Assembly: GCA_016839945.1 (NCBI GenBank)
Contig: JAEOTE010000103.1
Coordinates: forward strand, 1 to 25,565
Source of the DNA: Candidatus Heimdallarchaeota archaeon
GTDB taxonomy: Archaea; Asgardarchaeota; Heimdallarchaeia; Heimdallarchaeales; Heimdallarchaeaceae
Direction: 5' to 3'
DNA: 25,565 nt
Of this stretch, positions 8,778-18,375 are shown piece after piece (within the stretch, counting starts at the first letter, position 1; every line of letters begins with the position of its first letter). Below the pieces are notes generated by a model. That model was given only the letters and a program-made list of their open reading frames with translations. It was not told where the DNA came from and did not search any database. The position numbers and the translations under genes are program-made.

Positions 8778-10109
8778 ATGAAGATAGGAAAAGTAACAGT
8801 TTTTGCATTCAAAAACGCTTTTAGAAGAAAGATTGTTGCCATTCTTGCTATTACAGGTATTACTATTGCTATCACAATGCAGGTTACAATTAATGCTTTT
8901 ACAACAGGAATGGATGAAACATTCAATGATATTTTTGGTGAATTGGTTGGAACTTTTCAATTACAAGAGAAGGATACACCCTTTACCTATGCATCTCAAT
9001 TACCAGCTAATATCACTGAAACAATACAGAATTTTGAAAATAAATCAGAAATAGCGTCAGTTGCAACTGAACAGATTTTACCTGCTACTGTCAATAATTA
9101 TACGGATATATTAGGTACAACAGTTTTTGGGTCACCTATGGGGATTAATGTCAGAGGAATAGAAGACTTAGATGAATTCACAGAAATTTACTCTGAATTG
9201 GAGGAATTGACCGAAGAGTCAAGTTATTTCGAATACAATCAAGATGAATGTATCATTCCTTACGCACTCTATGAAAATAATTCAGAGGTATTTGAAATAG
9301 GAAAAACATTTTCAATTATGATCAACTCAACTCATTCTTATAATCTAGAGATTGTTGGCATAACTTCAGCTGATGTAGGTGGAATACAACAGTCCATAAT
9401 GGTCACAGGTTATGATATCTATGTTCCAATTAATGTTACTAATAATGTTCTTTTTGAACTCTTACGAAATGATACAATGAACCACATGTTTCATTACACT
9501 CCTTTTGGTTTAGATCCTAACCTTTTTGGAATTGATAATCCTAATGTTGTTGCTGTACGTACATCAATAGACAATTCAGAAGATGTCAACCAGTTTATAG
9601 ATGAACTAATAGCTTACCTTGAAATTCAATATCCCGATATGAAATTTTCGGCATTATCATTAGCTTCAGCTCTTGAAACAATGGATGATTTAATGGCAAC
9701 TCAAGATATAGTGATAAGCGTTGTTACCATAATTGTCATAATTTCTGGTAGTATGGGTGTAATAATAGCACAACTAGTAGGAGTTGAAGGAAGATCAAAA
9801 GAATTTGCAATTTTAAAAGCTACAGGTTGGAAAGAAGGTCATATATTATACTCAGTAATAATTGAAAGTATCACACTTGGTGTAGCAGGTTCGTTAGTAG
9901 GAATTGTACTCTCCTTCATATCAATAAAAGGTCTTGAAAGATTGATGTCTTCATCTGCAGCTGGTGGGATGCCATTTTCAGCTGTGATAACTCCTGCAAT
10001 ATTCTTCACAGCTATTGCAATTGCTGTGGGTATAGGAATTTTAGGGGGACTTTATCCAGGCATCCGAGCAAGTTCAGTAAAACCAATGGAGGTTTTACAA
10101 GGAAGTTAG
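8778..10109 (+). CDS. MacB/FtsX-family (type VII ABC) permease
   Basis: N-terminal FKNAFRRK plus TM1, a large sequon-rich extracytoplasmic domain, three C-terminal TMs, RSKEFAILKATGW and GLYPGIRASSVKPMEVL. Confidence 0.93.
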   Translation: MKIGKVTVFAFKNAFRRKIVAILAITGITIAITMQVTINAFTTGMDETFNDIFGELVGTFQLQEKDTPFTYASQLPANITETIQNFENKSEIASVATEQILPATVNNYTDILGTTVFGSPMGINVRGIEDLDEFTEIYSELEELTEESSYFEYNQDECIIPYALYENNSEVFEIGKTFSIMINSTHSYNLEIVGITSADVGGIQQSIMVTGYDIYVPINVTNNVLFELLRNDTMNHMFHYTPFGLDPNLFGIDNPNVVAVRTSIDNSEDVNQFIDELIAYLEIQYPDMKFSALSLASALETMDDLMATQDIVISVVTIIVIISGSMGVIIAQLVGVEGRSKEFAILKATGWKEGHILYSVIIESITLGVAGSLVGIVLSFISIKGLERLMSSSAAGGMPFSAVITPAIFFTAIAIAVGIGILGGLYPGIRASSVKPMEVLQGS

Positions 10110-10118
10110 GTGATTATG

Positions 10119-10886
10119 ATGGTAAATATAGAGGATACAAAACTCCAACTTAAAATTGCTAGCGAAGCAGTATCAGAATCGACAGATCTTATTATTGAAA
10201 TTAAGGATCTCTGGAGAAAATTCTTTGAGGATACACCAGCTGAAGTTCAAGCTTTAAGAGGTGTAAATTTCCGAGTTGAAAAAGGAGAATTCATCACAAT
10301 TATGGGTCCAAGCGGAAGTGGTAAAAGTACTCTTTTAACAATACTTGGTTGTATGGCTTCTTCTTCTAGCGGTCAAGTTCTCATTGACGGAACAGAGATA
10401 ACTAAACTTAGTCAACGCAAGTTAAGTGAAATAAGGAAGAATAAGATTGGATTTGTATTCCAAGATATCTTTCTCATCGATACAATCTCTGCTTTAGATA
10501 ATGTTCTCTTACCTCTCCTACCTTATGGTATTAAGAAGGAGGATGAAGAAAGAGCTAAAGAACTAATGAAGACTGCTGGATTAGATGACCGTATGCACCA
10601 CAAACCTACTGAACTTTCAGGAGGACAAAAACAAAGAGTTGCGATATGTAGAGCTTTGATTAATAATCCACCTATAGTTCTAGCAGATGAACCTACTGGT
10701 AATCTAGATTCTCAAACCGGTGGAGAAGTTCTTGCACTTCTCCGTAAAATCAACAAAGAAAAAGGAATTACTATATTAGCTGTTTCTCATGATCCTAAAC
10801 TTGCTGAATTCTCTTCTAGAGATGTCATGATTACAGATGGTGAAATAACGAGAGATAGGATAAATCCTTTCAGAAATAACCATTGA
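10119..10886 (+). CDS. MacB/LolD-type ABC ATP-binding protein
   Basis: Walker [47 protein letters not shown] at 10108-10113 favours ATG 10116 or 10119. Confidence 0.95.
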   Translation: MVNIEDTKLQLKIASEAVSESTDLIIEIKDLWRKFFEDTPAEVQALRGVNFRVEKGEFITIMGPSGSGKSTLLTILGCMASSSSGQVLIDGTEITKLSQRKLSEIRKNKIGFVFQDIFLIDTISALDNVLLPLLPYGIKKEDEERAKELMKTAGLDDRMHHKPTELSGGQKQRVAICRALINNPPIVLADEPTGNLDSQTGGEVLALLRKINKEKGITILAVSHDPKLAEFSSRDVMITDGEITRDRINPFRNNH

Positions 10887-10900
10887 AATAAGGTGTGAAA

Positions 10901-11872
10901 ATGAGTAAGAAAATAGATGATATAATTGAAAAATATGAAGAGAAGCTTGCAAGAAAATTGGGTGAGATTGCAATTCTTCTTCATTTAGCGCGATCTTCAG
11001 AAGGTTCGCATGCGTATGAGATAAGATCCAAAGCTTCGGATATATTGTTTGAAAAAAGAAGAAAGGGAATGGAGTTCACTCAAAATCATCTAGATGCTCT
11101 TACAGAGTTGTATGATTTAGCAACTAAATATGATTTTGATACAGAGGATTTTAATGTAAAGAAAGATTCTGTTGAAGAAATTATTGAAAAATGTTCTATC
11201 TTTAAATTTAATCCTCATCTAATTAACTTGCTTAATAGAGAAAATCCAAGTACTATTTCTGAAGATTTAAAGTATCTAGAAAAAATCATTGAGGATTTAA
11301 AGGCAACTTTAGTTGATATGAAGAGCATGTCATCAATCTGGAGTAATATAAGTGGTATCTATCCAGCAATTGAATCTTTAGAAAAAAACAACTTAATTCA
11401 GCATATTAGAGATGATTCAGAAGGAGGAAGGTTGAAAAAAATTTATCAAATTACAGATTTAGGAAAAAGAACATTAACCAGAGTTCTAATCTCTTTGGTT
11501 GATCTTACTAGTTTTGTTTTTCATCCTGAAGATAAGAAATTCTTATTAAAAAAGGATAAGGGCCCATCATTTCTATTAAATCCTTTTAGAGAAATATTCC
11601 GAAAACTTGTTGAAGATATTCCAATTGATAAAAGAAAAAAAATGATGCATTCTAAAGGAGGTTATCCAAAAGGACCTTTTGCTAGAATGTTTATGGAACA
11701 TGGATTACCCCTTCCAAGTTTTCGTTTCTTAATGAGACATCCTGATTTAATTGAAGATCATTTAAACCAAATTGAATCAGAGGATGAGAGAAAGATTGCA
11801 AAAGAATTCATTAAAACTAAATTAAAAGAACAAAAAGAAGAGATTGAGTCTATGCTAAAAGAGTTAGATTAG
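10901..11872 (+). CDS. PadR-family transcriptional regulator with a large internal insertion
   Basis: PadR helices LGEIAILLHLA and HAYEIR, then about 95 aa of insert, then SGIYPAIESLEKNNLI and the wing GRLKKIYQITDLGK. SD AAGGTG precedes ATG 10901. Confidence 0.8.
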   Translation: MSKKIDDIIEKYEEKLARKLGEIAILLHLARSSEGSHAYEIRSKASDILFEKRRKGMEFTQNHLDALTELYDLATKYDFDTEDFNVKKDSVEEIIEKCSIFKFNPHLINLLNRENPSTISEDLKYLEKIIEDLKATLVDMKSMSSIWSNISGIYPAIESLEKNNLIQHIRDDSEGGRLKKIYQITDLGKRTLTRVLISLVDLTSFVFHPEDKKFLLKKDKGPSFLLNPFREIFRKLVEDIPIDKRKKMMHSKGGYPKGPFARMFMEHGLPLPSFRFLMRHPDLIEDHLNQIESEDERKIAKEFIKTKLKEQKEEIESMLKELD

Positions 11873-11873
11873 A

Positions 11874-13733
11874 ATGGCTACAATTACAAAACAAGAAGAA
11901 GCTAATAATTACAATATTGAAATTCAAGAAGAAATATTAAATAAGTATAAATCAGCTAGACACTGGTTTTGGTCAGCTTTTAAAAGACAACCTCTGATGT
12001 ATTTAATAGCTACAGCTCTTTTAGTTGGAAGCACCTATTTAATGACTAAAACCGTTGCTCTTGTAGGAAATGCATTAGATATATTATTATTTGACATAGA
12101 AAATGGAACTCTTCTTTCAGCTGAATTTAATTCTCAAATCCTTATTATGGTAATTTATGTTTTAGTAAGCTGGGTTTCATTAAGTTTCAATGTTTATTTA
12201 TGGGCTGATGCCACCTTTAGAGTTCAAAGAGATATGAGACAAGAATTCTACGAAGTTATCCAAGCTCATTCAATGGCATTTTTTGATGTTAATGATTCAG
12301 GGGTAATACTCTCGTATGGTATGAATGAGATAAACCAGATTCGCATGGCCATTCATCCTGGAGTTCGAATGCTTTTAAGTTCATTATTATCAATAATTAT
12401 TACAACAGTACTTTTATTTCAGTATGATTGGATAGTTGGTTTAGTATTAGCAATATCATTTGCTATTTATATGATAATAGCTTGGATTTATGCTGCTAAA
12501 GTTGGACCAATTAGACAAAAATTAGCTACTGATTTAGCAGATATTTCTGCTATTTCACAAGAGATGTTTAGAGGAGTAGAAGTTGTTCGTTCTTTTGATA
12601 ACCATAACAAGGAAATTAAGAAGTTCTCGTTAAAAAGCTTAGAATATGCAGATGACATGAAGCGAGAGGGTTATTTAAGTGCTTTTTATTGGCCTGCTTT
12701 GATAACAATAGTCGTCACAGCAGGAGCTTTTGGATATGGTTTGTATAGTGTAATAAATGGGAATTATGCAACTGTTGGAATACTTATTTCGATTCTTGGA
12801 TTATTGATTTCCCTCAACAGACAGAATTTTATGATACCAATGAGATTGATAATGTTACAAGCTGGACTCCAAAATGCAAATAGGTTATGGGAAAAGATGG
12901 CATTTGATGATCCATTAGAGCAACCAGAAATTCCAGAGGAAGGTTTATGGGATAAAGAGATCAGATTTAATAACGTAAGTTTTGCTTATCCTGGAACTGA
13001 TAAAAATGTTCTTCAGAATGTATCTTTTTCAATACCTGCAGGATCAAAAGTTGCTCTTATTGGAGGACCTGGATCAGGGAAATCTACAATTCTAAAGTTA
13101 TTATTAAGATTATATGATCCAACGGAAGGATTAATCCAAGTTGATGGAACAAAATTAGAATCAATGCATACAAGTTATGTCCGTTCTAATGTTACACTAG
13201 TCGAACAAGATATTTTTCTATTTTCTGACACTCTAAGAGCAAACATTGCTTTTGCAAAACCTGATGCAAGTGATGAGGAAGTAAACAAAGCTGCAGAACG
13301 TGCTCAAATAGCTCAATTCATTGAATCACTTCCAGAGAAATATAATACAACCATAGGTGAACGTGGGGTGACATTAAGCGGAGGTCAAAGACAGAGAGTA
13401 GCGATTGCTAGAGCTATGCTTTCAGATCCAAAGTTGCTTCTTTTAGATGATTCAACTAGTGCAGTAGATATCAAAACTGAACTCAGATTACGCTATGCTA
13501 TGGAGGAATTAATGAAAGATAGAACAAGCATTGTGGTAACTCAAAGACTTACAACACTAGTTGCTGCTGATTTGATAATACTAATGAAAAAGGGAAAAAT
13601 AGTTGATATTGGTTATCATGAAGATTTACTAAAAAGGTGTCCAGAATACCAATTCATGTGCCAACATCTTCCTATGGCTGATAGTATGGGAATATGTCAA
13701 GATATAGACATTGTTGAAGGAGGTGAAAAATAA
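11874..13733 (+). CDS. Type IV ABC exporter half-transporter (degenerate catalytic subunit)
   Basis: Six-TM domain plus NBD: GPGSGKST, LSGGQRQR, Walker B LLLDD (E to D) and switch TQR (H to Q). Confidence 0.93.
   Translation: MATITKQEEANNYNIEIQEEILNKYKSARHWFWSAFKRQPLMYLIATALLVGSTYLMTKTVALVGNALDILLFDIENGTLLSAEFNSQILIMVIYVLVSWVSLSFNVYLWADATFRVQRDMRQEFYEVIQAHSMAFFDVNDSGVILSYGMNEINQIRMAIHPGVRMLLSSLLSIIITTVLLFQYDWIVGLVLAISFAIYMIIAWIYAAKVGPIRQKLATDLADISAISQEMFRGVEVVRSFDNHNKEIKKFSLKSLEYADDMKREGYLSAFYWPALITIVVTAGAFGYGLYSVINGNYATVGILISILGLLISLNRQNFMIPMRLIMLQAGLQNANRLWEKMAFDDPLEQPEIPEEGLWDKEIRFNNVSFAYPGTDKNVLQNVSFSIPAGSKVALIGGPGSGKSTILKLLLRLYDPTEGLIQVDGTKLESMHTSYVRSNVTLVEQDIFLFSDTLRANIAFAKPDASDEEVNKAAERAQIAQFIESLPEKYNTTIGERGVTLSGGQRQRVAIARAMLSDPKLLLLDDSTSAVDIKTELRLRYAMEELMKDRTSIVVTQRLTTLVAADLIILMKKGKIVDIGYHEDLLKRCPEYQFMCQHLPMADSMGICQDIDIVEGGEK
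13719..13726 (+). promoter_or_regulatory. Shine-Dalgarno GGAGGTGA inside the upstream CDS (translational coupling)
   Basis: GGAGGTGA lies 6 nt before the ATG of a TAATG stop/start overlap at 13731-13735. Confidence 0.8.
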
Positions 13734-15655
13734 TGGCTCATGCAAGAAGAGGTCCAGGAAGAGCTTTGACTGTAGACAAATACAAAAGAGCTCGATCAAC
13801 AAAAGTATTAGTTAATAGTCTGTGGAAATATTTAAGGAAATATATTGTTCCTATAATAACTGTAGCAATTCTATCCATACTTTATTCTGTAACTTCTCTA
13901 ATTAATCCAATTATTATAAGAAATGGGTTAAATTCAATTACTAGCGAAAATCCAACATTTGAGTCATTAATTCCTTTAACAATTATCTTCTTTGCTTTAA
14001 TTATAGTTGGTTGGATAATAACTTCTGTATCAACTAGGATTCAAGCAAGAATGAATTCAAAAATGTTACATGAAGTTAGGGTAGATCTTTATGATAAATT
14101 AAATTATTCAGACATGTCTTATCTTAAGAAGGAACAGTCAGGAAACATAACTGCAAGAGTGACAGCTGATACTGGAGAATTAGCAACAGGAGTTCAATTA
14201 TCTTCAGGAATCGTATCTCACATTTTACTTATATTAGGCTCATTTGTGATTCTTCTAGTTACTAACTGGATAATAGCTTTGATCTCTCTAGCCGCAATTC
14301 CTATTGCATTTCTTATGAGTACAGTACTAAGCTATTTTGGAAGAAAGATAGTGTTAAGAATCAGAAGAGCTTTTGGTTTTGTTTCAGGTAAAATGGCTGA
14401 AGGTCTCACAGGCATAGCAGTTGCAAAATCATTCAATAGAGAAGAAGAACTAGCTACAGAACTGAGGGAATTAAATCAGAAACATTACAAGTATTCAAAA
14501 CAATTTGGTATGTTAATGATGTTTGTTATGCCCACAATGACCGCTTTAACTTACTTATTATTTACTGTAATTATCTATGTGAGTGGTTGGATAAACCAAT
14601 CTGCAAACCTTCCATTGGGAGATATTTATCTAGCAATTAATCTTTCTCAGCAATTTCTATTTCCAATAGTAATGCTTGCTATGGTCTTTCCGCAACTTGA
14701 AGCTGCTTTTGGTGCAATGGATAGAATAATTGACATTTTCGAAGCAAAATCTGCTGTAGAAGATTCTCCAGAAGCAGTGGATTTACAACAGGATGATGAC
14801 AGCGTATATTTTGAAAATATTACATTTGCATATGAAAAAGGGATAAATGTCTTAAAAGAAGTTAATTTTGCAGTCAAACCTGGGGAAATGATTGCAATAG
14901 TTGGAGCGACTGGAGCAGGAAAGACAACTTTAATGTCTTCACTCCTTACACGATTCTACGATGTTCAAAATGGTTCTATAAAAATAGGTTCTCAAGATAT
15001 TAGAGAAGTAACTCAATCTTCTTTAAGAAACGCTATCGGGTTAGTTACTCAAGAACCTTTTCTTTTTTCAGGATCTGTTATGGAAAATATCCTTTATGGA
15101 GCTCCTGATGCTACAGAAGAAGAAGTAAAGATAATAGCTAAGAAAATTAATGCAGATGAATTCATAGATGCTTTGCCAAATGGTTATGATACTATTATTG
15201 TTGAGGGTGGAAAGAAATTATCTGCAGGGCAAAGACAAATAATTACTATTGCTCGAATGATGTTAGCGAATCCTCGTATTCTGGTTTTAGATGAAGCAAC
15301 AAGTCGTTTGGACGCTTTTACAGAGTCACTAGTCCAAGCTGCTCAAAGAGAGTTATTTAAAGGAAGAACAACATTTGTTATTGCTCATAGATTATCTACA
15401 ATTAAAGATGCAGATAGAATTATAGTTCTTGACCATGGAAAATTAGTTGAGAAAGGAACACATGATGAGTTAATGGAACTCGATGGAATTTATGCTGATT
15501 TATACAATACTTACTATGTTCATCAAGGACTAGAAGAGTTAGACATTAAACTAGAAGATCTTGAACCTGAAAAAATTGAAGAAGAACAAATACAACCTCT
15601 ACTACCAACTCATAAATTGGTGAAAATAAAAAAAGAAAAAATAGATAGAGGTTAA
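13733..15655 (+). CDS. Type IV ABC exporter half-transporter (consensus catalytic subunit)
   Basis: TMD plus NBD: GATGAGKTT, degenerate signature LSAGQ, intact LDEATS and IAHRL. Forms a TM287/288- or TmrAB-like heterodimer with the preceding gene. Confidence 0.93.
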   Translation: MAHARRGPGRALTVDKYKRARSTKVLVNSLWKYLRKYIVPIITVAILSILYSVTSLINPIIIRNGLNSITSENPTFESLIPLTIIFFALIIVGWIITSVSTRIQARMNSKMLHEVRVDLYDKLNYSDMSYLKKEQSGNITARVTADTGELATGVQLSSGIVSHILLILGSFVILLVTNWIIALISLAAIPIAFLMSTVLSYFGRKIVLRIRRAFGFVSGKMAEGLTGIAVAKSFNREEELATELRELNQKHYKYSKQFGMLMMFVMPTMTALTYLLFTVIIYVSGWINQSANLPLGDIYLAINLSQQFLFPIVMLAMVFPQLEAAFGAMDRIIDIFEAKSAVEDSPEAVDLQQDDDSVYFENITFAYEKGINVLKEVNFAVKPGEMIAIVGATGAGKTTLMSSLLTRFYDVQNGSIKIGSQDIREVTQSSLRNAIGLVTQEPFLFSGSVMENILYGAPDATEEEVKIIAKKINADEFIDALPNGYDTIIVEGGKKLSAGQRQIITIARMMLANPRILVLDEATSRLDAFTESLVQAAQRELFKGRTTFVIAHRLSTIKDADRIIVLDHGKLVEKGTHDELMELDGIYADLYNTYYVHQGLEELDIKLEDLEPEKIEEEQIQPLLPTHKLVKIKKEKIDRG

Positions 15656-16875
15656 TTGTCTTTCTTTTTCTTTTTCTTTATTTTTGATAATATAATGCTA
15701 GAGATTGCAATGCAGAAGATAATACTCCCTATAGGTATTGAAGTTTTTTCTGGCTTTTCAGAGGAAATCGAAAAAGTATGAGTGCTTGAAGTTTCTACAT
15801 TGTTTGAAATATCCTTCGCTTCTATATAAAAATCAATGACATCATTTCCCTCAAAAGGTCCAAATGTTGCAGAATATTGATTCGTTGTCGTATCTATCAT
15901 ATCAATATACTCCCATGACCCATTATTAATCCGGTAAACTAATCTAACGTAATCAAGATGATAATTATCACTAACTTCAGCAGTTATTTCAATTGTATCA
16001 CCTTGTTTTGGTGATATAGCATGATTAAGCACCATTCCAATTACAGGTTTCTTATCATCATAAATTGTTATATCATATCCTGCAGCAGTGATCCACTCAA
16101 GAGCTTTGTCTAAATTGAAACGATATTTAATTATTCCACTATAATACCAATCAAATTTATTATAATACATAGGACTATGTACAATTTGAAATCCAGGTAA
16201 TTCTTGATTAATTATGGCTTCTCTATTTATGGCATAACAAATTGCTTTTCTCACAGCACATGCTTTAGTGTAATCTGTTTTTCCTGAAGCAGTCAAAAAA
16301 ACATCATTATCTGAACCACCAATAAAAGGTCGCTTTAAATTGAAAGCTAGAAGATCTAAACCTCCAATCACAGCCCCATACTCCATATGTGAATAAAAGG
16401 GTAGCATGGGTACAATATAATCCATAAGCATTTGCTGCCAATCATAATAATGCTGCTGTTTTTCATTAAAATTTGAAATTGTTTTACCATCTTCTAACAT
16501 ATCCTCATTTGTTTGTCCATATGGTATGCTAGTATCTAGCAGAAAATAGTTGTGAGAACCAGATTCACTTAAGAAATCTGACATATCAGGTCCAGTATAA
16601 TCTTCATTGTAATGACAAAAAGTTAAATCATAATCATGAAATATAAGAAGATTACCCATAAAAACTGAATATTCTTGTATCTGAACATTTACATCAATTC
16701 GAATGGCTCTTAAATAATCTTTAATTTCTAATGCTATATTTGGTCTTACAGAACCGCTAAGTACAACTAAATCTAATTCTCCTATTTGGCCTATAACAAA
16801 ACTTGAGCAATTAGTGGCATTGATTGAAATTGTGAGGGTAAAGATAACAATAACTAATATGTATTTCCTTTTCAT
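15652..16875 (-). CDS. Surface protein: permuted, truncated family-5 solute-binding-protein domain plus Ig-like domain plus C-terminal TM
   Basis: SBP_bac_5-like motifs IKDYLRAIRIDVNV, YYDWQQMLMDYIVPMLPFY, LAFNLKRPF, AVRKAICYAINR, YRFNLDKALEWITAAGY. Ig-like ITAEVSDN...FYIEAKDISNN. Signal peptide; TM followed by poly-Lys. Confidence 0.75.
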   Translation of the reverse strand: MKRKYILVIVIFTLTISINATNCSSFVIGQIGELDLVVLSGSVRPNIALEIKDYLRAIRIDVNVQIQEYSVFMGNLLIFHDYDLTFCHYNEDYTGPDMSDFLSESGSHNYFLLDTSIPYGQTNEDMLEDGKTISNFNEKQQHYYDWQQMLMDYIVPMLPFYSHMEYGAVIGGLDLLAFNLKRPFIGGSDNDVFLTASGKTDYTKACAVRKAICYAINREAIINQELPGFQIVHSPMYYNKFDWYYSGIIKYRFNLDKALEWITAAGYDITIYDDKKPVIGMVLNHAISPKQGDTIEITAEVSDNYHLDYVRLVYRINNGSWEYIDMIDTTTNQYSATFGPFEGNDVIDFYIEAKDISNNVETSSTHTFSISSEKPEKTSIPIGSIIFCIAISSIILSKIKKKKKKDN

Positions 16876-16922
16876 TTTCTTCTTGAATTAATAAACTAAA
16901 TTTAAAAATCTTTTTCCATAAG

Positions 16923-16947
16923 AACAAAAGAAAAGGATTCTTTTGTT
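16923..16947 (-). terminator. Hairpin/U-rich terminator candidate after the APH-like gene
   Basis: AACAAAAGAA-N5-TTCTTTTGTT perfect 10-bp stem overlapping the stop codon; the minus strand is T-rich here. Confidence 0.45.
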
Positions 16948-17968
16948 ATTCTACTTCACTTTTTTCCAATTCTCTTGTTATTTCAACTAAACTCTCTAAA
17001 CTTAGAAGAATAGAATTTTCGTGTTCTGCAATTGGTTTGCTTAAACTTTTTAGAAATTCAGATATAGCATAAAAAACATTTAATCCTTCATAATTTGAAA
17101 GTTTTATTTCTCTTTTATCTAAATATATTTTCCACATTTTTCTTCTTAACTCATTGAACCTCTTTCTCCAATCCCAAATCCCATACCCCCACTCATAAAA
17201 ATTAAATTCCCAAATTGGATTTCCAACTCTTACAGTTTCCCAATCTAAAATTCCTGTAATTTTCATATTCTCTAGTGTATCAATCAAAATTTGATCCTCA
17301 TGAATATCACTATGAAGAAAAACTGGTTCTAATGAAACAATCTCTAGTAAACAGCTTTCCCATAGGTTTTTAGTTCTTTCAGTTATTAATGATTCAAAGT
17401 AATTTTCTCCATTTTCTTTGATATATCTAGTCAATTCTTCAAAAGCAAAATCAAACGCTTCTTTCATAGTTGAAAGATCCAAAATTTCTAATTCCCATTG
17501 ATAGATCGTTTCATCAAAAATAGGTCTTTTTCTTATTTTTGCGGGTATATCTTGTAAAGGTATTTCATGCCATAATGCGAATAATTCAGCTAGATTTTCT
17601 AACATTTTTTCTACTTTATCTAATGATACATCCTTCTCATATTTAGAATAAGCTAATCCTCTCAGACGAGAAACTACTGCAAAATCGTAATATGATATTT
17701 TTTCGTCTCTTACTCTTTCTAAAAGAAAAGGTACTGGGAGATTCTTGTAATTGTTTAATAGTTCATATGTTGCAATTTCTACATCCAACCATTCAATCAC
17801 TCTAGGATCTCGAGGAAACATAAATACTCTGTCTTCAGTATACAAAATCAGTTTTCTCCATCCATCAAAATTAGCTTTGATTTGTGTTGGTTTAAGATCA
17901 AACCTCTTGCAAAAATATTCCAATTGCTGCCAATTTAGAACACCATAGATGCATTTATCTAAAGTCAT
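16946..17968 (-). CDS. Aminoglycoside phosphotransferase/choline kinase-like protein
   Basis: VFxFPR...E, LPVP, FLHSDIHEDQIL (Brenner-type HxD) and GILDWE...GNPIWEF. Confidence 0.85.
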   Translation of the reverse strand: MTLDKCIYGVLNWQQLEYFCKRFDLKPTQIKANFDGWRKLILYTEDRVFMFPRDPRVIEWLDVEIATYELLNNYKNLPVPFLLERVRDEKISYYDFAVVSRLRGLAYSKYEKDVSLDKVEKMLENLAELFALWHEIPLQDIPAKIRKRPIFDETIYQWELEILDLSTMKEAFDFAFEELTRYIKENGENYFESLITERTKNLWESCLLEIVSLEPVFLHSDIHEDQILIDTLENMKITGILDWETVRVGNPIWEFNFYEWGYGIWDWRKRFNELRRKMWKIYLDKREIKLSNYEGLNVFYAISEFLKSLSKPIAEHENSILLSLESLVEITRELEKSEVE

Positions 17969-17976
17969 CTTATTCT

Positions 17977-17996
17977 ACCTTACGATATCTTAAGGT
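17977..17996. promoter_or_regulatory. Near-perfect 20-bp palindrome between the TATA-like box and start of the APH-like gene
   Basis: ACCTTACGATATCTTAAGGT (one mismatched pair). Minus-strand AAAAAAG-TTAAAT lies just upstream; the palindrome includes the gene's AAGGT SD-like site. Confidence 0.5.
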
Positions 17997-18063
17997 TGCT
18001 TTCATTTAACTTTTTTCTGGTTTCTTCGATAGATTTATTAGCTTCTCACTTCTTTATGAGTTA

Positions 18064-18375
18064 ATGAGTAAAAGCAAGGATATTCCTAAGAATGATGACA
18101 TAAAAAAAGAAATAAAATCTATGCAAAGAAAATGGTATGAAAACAAGATACTATTTGTATGCAGTCTTATTCTTTGGCCTCCATTCTTTTTCGGTGCCTT
18201 AAGAATAGGAGATTGGAGATTTCTTCCTTTTGGTACTACAATAAAAGAAAGTATGCTTGCAGTAGCTCAAACTGTAATGTTTCTAATTGCAGCTGGTTTT
18301 TTTGTTTTATTATTATCATATTTATTTAATCAACTTTGGTTATTAACACTTAGTGGACCAAAAAAAGAAGAATGA
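18064..18375 (+). CDS. Small two-TM membrane protein, unknown function
   Basis: Charged N-terminus and two hydrophobic stretches (ILFVCSLILWPPFFFGAL; VMFLIAAGFFVLLLSYLF). Fills the gap between neighbours. Confidence 0.7.
   Translation: MSKSKDIPKNDDIKKEIKSMQRKWYENKILFVCSLILWPPFFFGALRIGDWRFLPFGTTIKESMLAVAQTVMFLIAAGFFVLLLSYLFNQLWLLTLSGPKKEE

Noticed and set aside
11050-11335. Intein or mobile insertion in the PadR gene
   Set aside because: No C/S start with HN-C/S/T end, no LAGLIDADG motif and no terminal repeats.
669-15655. Convergent 3' overlaps (669-678 and 15652-15655) as antisense regulation
   Set aside because: Short tail-to-tail overlaps are routine in compact genomes.
3187-17968. Antibiotic-resistance island (GNAT, APH and efflux pumps)
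   Set aside because: These are broad superfamilies with no specific resistance-gene signature. No integrase, IS, flanking repeats or visible compositional shift.
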